DNA from: Candidatus Parcubacteria bacterium
GTDB taxonomy: Bacteria > Patescibacteriota > Patescibacteriia > UBA1558 > GWA2-36-10
Length of the DNA stretch: 64,000 bases
Direction of reading: 5' to 3'
Assembly (NCBI GenBank): GCA_018669975.1
Contig: JABHSK010000007.1
Location: forward strand, 64,390 to 128,389
Shown here: positions 54,753-63,149 of the stretch, one piece after another
Layout: every line of letters starts with the position of its first letter
How positions within the stretch are numbered: position 1 is the stretch's first letter
Notes under the pieces: model-generated
What the model was told of the DNA's origin: nothing
The model's database searches: none
What the model saw: the letters and a program-made list of their open reading frames with translations, nothing else
Translations under genes and position numbers: made by a program

Positions 54753-56370
54753 AGAAAAAAAATATAATATAATCCTACTTTTTTTGTGCGTGTTATTTTT
54801 TGTATTGTATAGTTTTACAGTAGTAGCTGCTTGGCTGCCGCAATGGCTAAACCTCAAGCACCTAATCTTTAATTGGCCTGACGCCAATGCCAATTATTTT
54901 TTTGCTAAATTATTTGCTGAACAGGGAGTGTTGTCCTGGCACGAGCCATTTAATAGTATTACTGATAATTTGTTGCACACTAGAAGTATTAATGTTGTCG
55001 ATGCTAATTTAGTACCGATGACTTTTTTACCAGTATTAATACTTTTTGGTTTAGCGGCTAAGCTATTTGGTCCTTTTGGAATTTTATTTTTAACGCCGCT
55101 ACTGGCTACTTTGACAGTTTATATTATTTATTGTTTATCTTTTTATATATTTAAAGATTTAGATTTATCATTTTTGATTGCTTTGTTATTTTTCCCTTTG
55201 GCGCCTTGGTTATATTTCTCTAACATTGTGATGTTGCCGACTGTGTTATTCATCTTTTTAGTTAGTGGTGGTTGGTTGGCGATAGCTAAGAGTTTGGCCA
55301 CAAAAAATAATATTTGGTGGATAATAGGTGCCTTATTTTTGTCGTTAGCTGTGGTGGTGCGTCCTACAGAGGTGTTATGGTTAGCTTTAGTTTGGGTTTT
55401 TGTGATTTATATAAACAGAAAAAGACTTAAGTATCAAAGGTGTTTAGTGGGAGTGTTAATTTTTCTAGCAGTATTTATAACGTTTTTGTCTTTTAATAAA
55501 TTGATCTACGGTGGATACCTCAGCTTTGGTTATTTAAATCTGCAATCGGGTACGCTACCTACAGAATTTAGTGGGCAACAGAGTCGCAATGTATTTGATT
55601 CCGTTAAATTACTATTAATGCCTTTTGGTTTTGATTTTTTATTGATAGTTAAAAATTTTGTAAAATATTTTGTAAATATTATTTGGTATCATGTATTATT
55701 TGCCGCAGCTGGATTTATTTTACTATCGACCAACAAAAAACTTAGTTTAACTTGGAAGAAATATTTTTTACTGACGCCTTTTGTGTTCATATTAATTTTG
55801 TTGTTTTATGGCTCATGGGATTTAGCAGATCCTCTAGTAAAAGAATTAAACACCATCAGCATTTCTTATGTGCGTTATTTTATGCCATTGTATATTTGGT
55901 TGTTGCCTTTGTCAGCCTATGCCATTAAGAAATTATTTAGCAGTAAAGATAAAACTAATCAATTAGCTTATTATGTAATTATCTTCGCGTTAGCTATTTT
56001 ATCTATTAAGGTAGCTTTTTATGCTAAACATGATGGTTTATTTAAAAATAAAGAAAATTTACTAAACTATAGCCAGCAGTACGAGGGAGTGTATGAACTT
56101 GTACCAGAAGATGCTATTATTATTACTGACAGAAGTGACAAGGTGTTTTTCCCGCAATATCAGGTAATTGTGCCACAGGGTGATTTGCCTTTGTGGCCGA
56201 GGATTTCTAAGATTGTTGATAATCAAAATATTTACTATTTTACTGATAAATCTGAGCAGGAGATTGATAATCAACGTGTAGTGGCTAATTCAAATGGTGT
56301 TGCCATTGGTAATTTAGTTGAGATTGATAAAAAATTTAAATTATATAAAATAATTAGAATAACAAGATAA
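54739..56370 (+). CDS. Polytopic GT-C (PMT/ArnT-like) glycosyltransferase
   Basis: WPDANANYFF first loop, many TMs, VRP and RYFMP motifs. Confidence 0.6.
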   Translation: MKLSKEKKYNIILLFLCVLFFVLYSFTVVAAWLPQWLNLKHLIFNWPDANANYFFAKLFAEQGVLSWHEPFNSITDNLLHTRSINVVDANLVPMTFLPVLILFGLAAKLFGPFGILFLTPLLATLTVYIIYCLSFYIFKDLDLSFLIALLFFPLAPWLYFSNIVMLPTVLFIFLVSGGWLAIAKSLATKNNIWWIIGALFLSLAVVVRPTEVLWLALVWVFVIYINRKRLKYQRCLVGVLIFLAVFITFLSFNKLIYGGYLSFGYLNLQSGTLPTEFSGQQSRNVFDSVKLLLMPFGFDFLLIVKNFVKYFVNIIWYHVLFAAAGFILLSTNKKLSLTWKKYFLLTPFVFILILLFYGSWDLADPLVKELNTISISYVRYFMPLYIWLLPLSAYAIKKLFSSKDKTNQLAYYVIIFALAILSIKVAFYAKHDGLFKNKENLLNYSQQYEGVYELVPEDAIIITDRSDKVFFPQYQVIVPQGDLPLWPRISKIVDNQNIYYFTDKSEQEIDNQRVVANSNGVAIGNLVEIDKKFKLYKIIRITR

Positions 56371-56374
56371 AAAA

Positions 56375-56782
56375 ATGGATTGTCTATTTTGTAAAATCGT
56401 TAATAAGGAATTGCCTAGCAAGGTTCTTTATGAGGATGATAAGTTTGTGTGTTTCATGGATATAAATCCACACACTAAAGGGCATTGTTTAGTTATACCA
56501 AAGGAGCACGCAGAAAATTTTACTGCTTTGGATAATGACACTGTTGGTGAATTTGCTAAATTAGTGCACCGCATTGCACCACAAGTAGCTGGTATGATGA
56601 AAGCCGATGCATACAATGTGGGTATGAATAATGGAGCTGCCGCCGGACAGGTAATTGGTCATGTGCATTGGCACATTATTCCACGTTATCGAAATGATGG
56701 TTTAGAGTATTGGGGTATTAATGAGGAGGAAGTAAGTAAGTTGGATGAAAGGTTTACCGAATTAGACGGCAAGATAAAATAA
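56375..56782 (+). CDS. HIT family hydrolase
   Basis: DCLFCKI, AGQVIGHVHWHIIPR. Confidence 0.93.
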   Translation: MDCLFCKIVNKELPSKVLYEDDKFVCFMDINPHTKGHCLVIPKEHAENFTALDNDTVGEFAKLVHRIAPQVAGMMKADAYNVGMNNGAAAGQVIGHVHWHIIPRYRNDGLEYWGINEEEVSKLDERFTELDGKIK

Positions 56783-56785
56783 AGT

Positions 56786-57724
56786 ATGAATTTATTAGTG
56801 ACAGGAGGAGCTGGTTTTATTGGCTCCAACTTTATTCATTACATTTTAAATAAATATCCTGACTATCAGGTTGTTAATTTAGATATTTTGACTTACGCTG
56901 GTGATTTAGAGAATTTGAAAGAAATTTCAAATCATTCAAGCTATACTTTTGTTAAAGGTGATATCAATGATTATCAATTAGTAACAAAGATAGTTAAAGA
57001 GCATCAAATTGATGTAATAGTGCATTTAGCTGCTGAAAGTCATGTGGATAGGTCTATTATTGGGCCAGATGTTTTTTTGCAGACTAATATTCTTGGTACT
57101 GCTAATTTACTTAAGGTGGCTTTGGAAAATAACAAGCTGAGGTTTCATCACGTATCTACTGACGAAGTGTTCGGTAGTCTTGGTCAGACAGGAAAGTTTG
57201 ATGAGGGCACTGCCTATGATCCACGTAGTCCCTATTCAGCATCTAAGGCGGCTTCTGATCATTTAGTGAGAACTTATTATCATACTTATGATTTGCCAAT
57301 CACTATCAGTAATTGTTCAAATAATTATGGTCCACGTCAGCACTCAGAAAAGTTGATTCCTTTATTTATAAATAATTTATTGCAAGATAAAAAAGTGCCC
57401 TTATATGGCAAAGGGGATAATGTTAGAGATTGGTTATATGTAGATGATCATTGTAGTGCTTTGGATTTAATTATCCATCAGGGTAAAATTGGTGATACTT
57501 ATTGTATTGGCGGTGATAGTGAGCAAACTAATCAGCAGATAGCAGATGTATTGTTGCAAAAATTAGGCAAGGGAAAAGATTTAATTGAATATGTGACAGA
57601 TAGGCCTGGGCATGATTTTAGATACGCTATAGATTTTTCTAAGATAGAAAAAGAATTAGGTTGGCAGCCAAGCGTGAGCTTTGAAGAGGGTATAGATAAG
57701 ACTATTGAATGGTATAAAAAATGA
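56786..57724 (+). CDS. rfbB: dTDP-glucose 4,6-dehydratase
   Basis: GGAGFIGSNF, AAESHVDRSI, STDEVFG, YSASKA, RDWLYV. Confidence 0.96.
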   Translation: MNLLVTGGAGFIGSNFIHYILNKYPDYQVVNLDILTYAGDLENLKEISNHSSYTFVKGDINDYQLVTKIVKEHQIDVIVHLAAESHVDRSIIGPDVFLQTNILGTANLLKVALENNKLRFHHVSTDEVFGSLGQTGKFDEGTAYDPRSPYSASKAASDHLVRTYYHTYDLPITISNCSNNYGPRQHSEKLIPLFINNLLQDKKVPLYGKGDNVRDWLYVDDHCSALDLIIHQGKIGDTYCIGGDSEQTNQQIADVLLQKLGKGKDLIEYVTDRPGHDFRYAIDFSKIEKELGWQPSVSFEEGIDKTIEWYKK

Positions 57725-58554
57725 AAATATTAATTTTAGGTAAAGGATATATTGGTCGGCGTTGTGCTGATACTTGGAACGATGCAGTTATTTCTGATAA
57801 GTTCATTAAAAGTACGGAAGATGTTTTGCAGTTATTAGATAAACACAGTCCAGACGTCGTGCTTAATGCTGCTGGCGTTGTTGGTAAACCAAACGTTGAT
57901 TGGTGTGAGACTCACCAGCTAGAAACCATAGAAGGCAATACTGTTTTACCACTCTTGATTGCCAAGGCTTGCCAAGCTAGAAATGTGTACTTGTTGCATA
58001 TTGGCACTGGTTGTATTTTTTACGGTGAAGCTCCAGATGGTGAAGCTTGGACAGAGGATGATTATGCTAATCCAGTGGCAGTTTATACTCGTTGTAAGTA
58101 TGCGGCTGATTTAGCATTAGCTACCATGGATAATGTTGGAATTGGTAGAATTCGTATGCCCATAGATCACATTCCTCATAAAGCCAATTTAATAGATAAG
58201 GTAGCTTCTTTTAAACGAGTGATAGATGTGGATAACAGCGTTACTATTATAGAAGATATGATGCAGGTTTTTCATCAATTATTAGAAAAAAGGGCTAGTG
58301 GTGTTTTTCATGTTACTAATCCTGGATCCATTAAACATAAAGAAATTCTATCATTGTATGAGAAATATGTTGATTCCCAACACAATAATGAGTGGATTAC
58401 AGAGGAGCAATTAGTTAGTCAGGGATTGGCAGATAAAAAAAGATCAAATAACATTATGGTGTCTCATAATTTAGCTAAAGTAGGTATTAGCATGAGACCA
58501 ATTATGGAGGCTATGGAAGATACCATGAAAAAATACGCTAAATATAAAAAATGA
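57721..58554 (+). CDS. NRS/ER-like bifunctional NDP-4-keto-6-deoxyglucose 3,5-epimerase/4-reductase (RmlD-like SDR)
   Basis: NAAG.VG.PNVDWCE, GTGCIF, YTRCK, RIRMPI, TNPG motifs characteristic of plant-type NRS/ER. Confidence 0.75.
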   Translation: MKILILGKGYIGRRCADTWNDAVISDKFIKSTEDVLQLLDKHSPDVVLNAAGVVGKPNVDWCETHQLETIEGNTVLPLLIAKACQARNVYLLHIGTGCIFYGEAPDGEAWTEDDYANPVAVYTRCKYAADLALATMDNVGIGRIRMPIDHIPHKANLIDKVASFKRVIDVDNSVTIIEDMMQVFHQLLEKRASGVFHVTNPGSIKHKEILSLYEKYVDSQHNNEWITEEQLVSQGLADKKRSNNIMVSHNLAKVGISMRPIMEAMEDTMKKYAKYKK

Positions 58555-58555
58555 T

Positions 58556-59275
58556 ATGAAAGGAATTATATTAGCTGGTGGAGCTGGCAGTAGATTACAT
58601 CCTCTAACTAGAGTAACAAGTAAACAATTGTTGCCAGTTTATGATAAACCGATGATTTTCTACCCCATGCAAACTTTAATTGATGGGGGCATAGAAGATA
58701 TTTTAATTATTTCAGATCCACATAATATTGGTAATTTTGTTAAATTATTTGGTTCTGGTCGTGATTTCGGAGTTAAAATAACCTATGAGGTGCAGGATAG
58801 ACCAGAGGGCTTGGCGCAGGCATTTATACTAGGTAAAAATTTTATTGGTGATGATAATGTCACTATGATTTTAGGAGATAACCTTTTTGTTGGCGATGAT
58901 GATTTTCTTAAGGCGGCTATCAAGAATTTTGAAAAAGGCGGCAGAGTCTTTGCTAAAGAGGTTAAAGATCCGCATAGATTTGGTGTGGTAGAGTTCGATG
59001 CTCAGCAAAATGTACTTAGTATCGAAGAGAAGCCTGATAAACCAAAAAGTAATTTTGCAGTGACAGGATTATATATTTATGATAACAGTGTCATTAATAA
59101 AGCTGAAAACTTAAAACCATCTGCTAGAGGAGAGCTAGAGATTACAGATCTTAATAATTTGTATCTTAAAGAAGGAAATTTAGATGTAAAAATTTATGAT
59201 CATTATTGGTTAGATACCGGAACCTTTGATTCGTTACTGGAAGCTGGCAATAAGATCGCGGCATTAAAAAAATAA
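58556..59275 (+). CDS. rfbA: Glucose-1-phosphate thymidylyltransferase (short form)
   Basis: GIILAGG.GSRL.P.T...SKQLLPVYDKPMI, EEKP, RGELEITD, WLDTG. Confidence 0.95.
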   Translation: MKGIILAGGAGSRLHPLTRVTSKQLLPVYDKPMIFYPMQTLIDGGIEDILIISDPHNIGNFVKLFGSGRDFGVKITYEVQDRPEGLAQAFILGKNFIGDDNVTMILGDNLFVGDDDFLKAAIKNFEKGGRVFAKEVKDPHRFGVVEFDAQQNVLSIEEKPDKPKSNFAVTGLYIYDNSVINKAENLKPSARGELEITDLNNLYLKEGNLDVKIYDHYWLDTGTFDSLLEAGNKIAALKK

Positions 59276-59276
59276 T

Positions 59277-59501
59277 ATGGAAGATAAAATAAATAAAATA
59301 TTAGATAAGGTGCGGCCGGCATTAGAGCGTGACGGTGGTGACTTGGAACTAGTAGAGTACGACAAAAAAAATAAAGTCGTAAAAGTTAGATTACAAGGCG
59401 CATGCGCGCATTGTCCGTTGGCCGATGTTACTCTCAAAAATATTATTGAGCAGGAGATTAGGGTGGCTATTCCAGAAATAAAAGAAGTAATAGCAGTTTA
59501 A
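59277..59501 (+). CDS. NifU-C/Nfu domain protein
   Basis: VRPAL..DGGD.E, RLQGACAHCP...TLK. Confidence 0.9.
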   Translation: MEDKINKILDKVRPALERDGGDLELVEYDKKNKVVKVRLQGACAHCPLADVTLKNIIEQEIRVAIPEIKEVIAV

Positions 59502-59510
59502 TATAAACAT

Positions 59511-59732
59511 ATGAAAAAATTAATTAAGACCCAATTTTTTGTTTTACTTTTGGGTACAGTTTTTGCTTGGGGAAATTTTGGAGTTGAGCTTAACAATTGG
59601 TTAAATGATAAGGCTTGTACTACTGGCTGTGCGGTGGGCGCCAATCCATTTGTTACTCCATGTTTTTTTGGAGCTTTATTTTTTACGCTAGCTTTTGTAC
59701 TGAGTATTAAGATGCTTAAAAAGAGTAAATAA
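59511..59732 (+). CDS. Small two-TM protein with a Cys-rich loop
   Basis: FAW...CTTGC...NPF.TPCF.GA. Confidence 0.65.
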   Translation: MKKLIKTQFFVLLLGTVFAWGNFGVELNNWLNDKACTTGCAVGANPFVTPCFFGALFFTLAFVLSIKMLKKSK

Positions 59733-59757
59733 AAAACCCGCTGTTTTGGCCAGCGGG
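59731..59757. terminator. Terminator between convergent genes
   Basis: AAAAAA-CCCGCTG-ttttggc-CAGCGGG. Confidence 0.65.
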
Positions 59758-59776
59758 CGCGCCATTGTTGTTAGTC

Positions 59777-60133
59777 CTATGGTTTTTCTTCCTCTTCCGA
59801 GGGGAGGAAGGTCTGTTGATGGTCGATTGCTATGGGCGCTATGCGTTCACGCTGGAGATGCTGGAGATGCACCTGGGCATCAGTTTGATTGGCACAGATG
59901 CCGTGGTGGGCATCGGTCAGCATGTTGGCATAGACGGTCTGGCGATGACCATGCGGATTATTGACGAATATCTTGAGTCCACTAGGACCACCATCATCCA
60001 GAAATGAAATAATCTGGAAAGGTCCGAGAACATCGGTGGGACCTTCGGGGTCCTGCCAGAGGATGGTCCAAAAAGTGGAGCCTTCCGGGAATGTAACTTG
60101 AAGTTCCTGGGGATCGGTGATTACTTTCACCAT
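59777..60133 (-). CDS. GC-richer orphan hypothetical protein (118 aa)
   Basis: SD AGGAGG before ATG, own TTGACA-17-TATTAT promoter (60245-60217) and terminator. Confidence 0.65.
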   Translation of the reverse strand: MVKVITDPQELQVTFPEGSTFWTILWQDPEGPTDVLGPFQIISFLDDGGPSGLKIFVNNPHGHRQTVYANMLTDAHHGICANQTDAQVHLQHLQRERIAPIAIDHQQTFLPSEEEEKP

Positions 60134-60338
60134 GATTGCGCCTCCTGCTAGAGTTTCGGACTTTTAACGATTTTATGGGCTTAAAAAGAGCTTTAGTATA
60201 ATTAGAAATACTTATTATAATATCATATTTTGGTGTTTTTGTCAACACCAATAAAAGTTGACTTTATAACCAGAAATTGCTGTAATTTAGCAGTAGTTTT
60301 TTTTGTTTAAATATGGTAAAATTGCTGTACACATAAAT

Positions 60339-60704
60339 ATGGAATTATTAAGAAAAGCAAAGGTTTTTTATAGAGACCGGCTAGTTTTTTGGCTATTGAA
60401 TTTCTCAATTCTCTTTATTCTAGGTACTTGGGCACTTTTTTTAATTAAAAAAATAGAGCAGGGACCACTAACAGTACTGCACTATAATATTTATGTTGGT
60501 ATTGATATGTTTGGCCATTCTAAATGGCTGTATATAGTTCCGGGCATTGTTTTAGCTTTTACCTTACTCAACATTTATCTAGCCGTCCTACTTTGGACGA
60601 AGCAGAGGATAATGAGCTATTTCTTATTAGTATCGTCTTTATTAGTGAATAGTATAATATTTATTTATATTTTTAATATCCTTAATCGTAATTTAAATGC
60701 CTGA
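60339..60704 (+). CDS. Three-TM membrane protein (DUF1648-like)
   Basis: VLHYNIYVGID..G...LY..P. Start revised to ATG 60339. Confidence 0.65.
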   Translation: MELLRKAKVFYRDRLVFWLLNFSILFILGTWALFLIKKIEQGPLTVLHYNIYVGIDMFGHSKWLYIVPGIVLAFTLLNIYLAVLLWTKQRIMSYFLLVSSLLVNSIIFIYIFNILNRNLNA

Positions 60705-61749
60705 TACAGAGATAATTAAAATTCTTGCTTTAACTAGTATTAGTTTTTTTCTAGCCATTATTATGACACCGGCTTGGACTCATTTTTTGTATAAATACAA
60801 ACTGGTAAAAAATATTCGCAGTGACGGACAGACACCACTTTTTTCTAAAATGCACAAAACTAAAGCTGGAACACCTACCATGGGTGGAGTATTGATTTGG
60901 ATGACGGTTTTAGTGTTAGCAATTGTCTTCTTTTGGTTTAGTAAGTTATGGCCAAATACTCTGATAGGTTCATTCAATTTTCTCAGTCGAGGTGAAACTT
61001 ATTTACCATTGGGCGCTTTGGTGGCTTCAGCCTTAGTTGGTTTGCTCGATGATTGGTTTAATGTCACTAGACAGGGTGGCGGCAAAGGCGGTGGATTAAC
61101 AGTTAAGCATAGACTGTTGATTTATGCTTTAATTGCTATCTTTGGAGCCTGGTGGTTTTATTTTAAATTAGATTGGGAAACAGTACGCGTACCTTTTATA
61201 GGTACATTTGAACTTGGTTGGTGGTTTATTCCATTTTTTATATTTATTATTGTTGGCACAGCTTTTTCTGTAAACGAAGCAGATGGTTTAGATGGTTTGG
61301 CAGCCGGTATAGTTTTAGCCGCCTTTGCCGCCTATGGTACGATTGCTTTTGTCCAAGGACAATATAATTTGGCTACTTTTTGTGGAGTTATTGCTGGTGC
61401 CTTGCTTTCCTTTCTCTGGTTTAATATTAATCCAGCGCGATTTTTTATGGGGGATACGGGTGCAATGTCTCTTGGTGTTGCCTTGGGTATAGTGGCAATG
61501 CTGACGGGATACCCTTTGTTGTTGCCAATTATTGGCTTTTTGTTGATGTTAGAAACTTTGTCAGTAATTATTCAACTCGCATCAAAAAAGATTCGCAAGA
61601 AAAAAGTATTTTTGTCAGCACCAATACATCATCATTTTGAGGCCAAGGGTTGGCCAGAGACTAAGGTTGTTATGAGGTTTTGGATTATTGCTGGAGTGTT
61701 GGCAGTATTAGGTTTGATCATAGCAGTGATTGATTTGCGTTTATGGTAG
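60697..61749 (+). CDS. mraY: Phospho-MurNAc-pentapeptide transferase
   Basis: KAGTPTMGG, LDD, NEADGLDG, FMGDTG, APIHHHFE. Confidence 0.97.
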   Translation: MPDTEIIKILALTSISFFLAIIMTPAWTHFLYKYKLVKNIRSDGQTPLFSKMHKTKAGTPTMGGVLIWMTVLVLAIVFFWFSKLWPNTLIGSFNFLSRGETYLPLGALVASALVGLLDDWFNVTRQGGGKGGGLTVKHRLLIYALIAIFGAWWFYFKLDWETVRVPFIGTFELGWWFIPFFIFIIVGTAFSVNEADGLDGLAAGIVLAAFAAYGTIAFVQGQYNLATFCGVIAGALLSFLWFNINPARFFMGDTGAMSLGVALGIVAMLTGYPLLLPIIGFLLMLETLSVIIQLASKKIRKKKVFLSAPIHHHFEAKGWPETKVVMRFWIIAGVLAVLGLIIAVIDLRLW

Positions 61750-63149
61750 GGAGCTTTAAAGACAAAAGAGTTTTGATTATGGGACTGGGACTGCACGGAG
61801 GTGCAGTGGCAGTGGTCAAATGGCTGCTTAAAAATAAGAGTAAATTGACTATTACGGATGTTAAAACTAAGCAAGAACTCAAAAATAGTTTAGACAAAAT
61901 TAAAACTAAACAGAAAATAAAATATACTCTAGGCGGACATGATATAAAAGATTTTGTAGATCAGGATTTGATTGTGCAAAATCCAGGTGTTCCAGCTGAT
62001 TCTAAATATTTAATTAAAGCTAGGCAAAACAAAATCCCGATTGTTAATGAAGCGGTGATGTTTTTTGGCTTGTATCCTGGTAAATCTATTGGCATTACTG
62101 GTACTAGAGGAAAGTCTACTACAGCCACTATTTTACATCATATTTTAAAGACAAAAATTAAGAGCAATGTAGTAGCTGGAAATATTGCCACCAACCCAAT
62201 GTTTACTGTTTTGGATAAAATAAAAAAGAACACTTGGCCGGTGTTAGAGTTGTCTAGTTGGCATCTAGAAAATATGGCAGAGTATAAGAAATCACCGCAT
62301 ATCGCCGTAGTTACAAATGTTTTAGTTGACCATCTTAATCGTTATAAAAATTTTGCAGCTTATAAAAAAGCCAAGTTGGCCATAGTAAAAAATCAAAACA
62401 AGGATGACATCGCAGTTTTGAATGCTGATAATGTGCATAGTTATGGTTTTGCTAAGCAGACCAAAGCCAAGAAGTTTTTCTTTTCTTTACACAAAAAGGT
62501 TCGTGGAGCGTATCTATGTAAGGATTGGATTTGTTTTTATGATGGCCAGAAAAAATCACGTATCATGCCGATTCAAGAGATTAAGCTTTTGGGTGAACAT
62601 AATTTAGCTAATATTTTAGCAGCCGTGACGGTAGCCAAGATTATTGGTGTGGGTAATAAAAATATTCGTCTAGCTGTTAGTAAATTCAAAGGGGTTGATT
62701 ATCGATTACAATATAAGGGACGAGTCAAGGGTATTGATATTTTTAATGACTCTACCTCTACTACACCTGATGCTACTCAAGCAGCATTGAGAGCCATGCA
62801 ATGTCGCCAGGTTGTTTTAATTGCTGGAGGTGAGGATAAACAACTTGATTATCGAGGACTAGCTAAAACTATTAAAGAGATTGCTAATTTTGTAATATTG
62901 TTATCTGGTACTGGCAGTGAAAAATTAATTAAGGAATTGACCAAGATAGATTATCCAGCGTATAAGTTAGTGACAGATATAAATAAATTAAAAAATGCTT
63001 GGCGCTTGTCACTTAAGCATGTTAATAAGCAAGCGGGCTGTATATTGTTTTCGCCAGCTGCAGCCAGTTTCAACATGTTTGATAATGAGTTCGATAGAGC
63101 TAAGCAATTTGATAAATTATTCGATGGTGAGAAGAAGACGAAAAAATAA
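61743..63149 (+). CDS. murD: UDP-MurNAc-L-Ala D-glutamate ligase
   Basis: GITGTRGKST, ELSSW, DHLNRY, NDS.ST, IAGG.DK, SPAAASF. Confidence 0.95.
   Translation: MVGSFKDKRVLIMGLGLHGGAVAVVKWLLKNKSKLTITDVKTKQELKNSLDKIKTKQKIKYTLGGHDIKDFVDQDLIVQNPGVPADSKYLIKARQNKIPIVNEAVMFFGLYPGKSIGITGTRGKSTTATILHHILKTKIKSNVVAGNIATNPMFTVLDKIKKNTWPVLELSSWHLENMAEYKKSPHIAVVTNVLVDHLNRYKNFAAYKKAKLAIVKNQNKDDIAVLNADNVHSYGFAKQTKAKKFFFSLHKKVRGAYLCKDWICFYDGQKKSRIMPIQEIKLLGEHNLANILAAVTVAKIIGVGNKNIRLAVSKFKGVDYRLQYKGRVKGIDIFNDSTSTTPDATQAALRAMQCRQVVLIAGGEDKQLDYRGLAKTIKEIANFVILLSGTGSEKLIKELTKIDYPAYKLVTDINKLKNAWRLSLKHVNKQAGCILFSPAAASFNMFDNEFDRAKQFDKLFDGEKKTKK

Noticed and set aside
59746-60251. ORFs 59746-59964 (+), 59765-60007 (+) and 59994-60251 (-)
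   Set aside because: They are alternative frames over the SD-supported minus-strand gene 59777-60133 and have no initiation signals.
1085-62607. Numerous short antisense or out-of-frame ORFs inside recognised genes (e.g. 6534-7010, 15412-15972, 21449-21781, 50539-50922)
   Set aside because: They are shadows of well-supported genes and have no motifs or expression signals.
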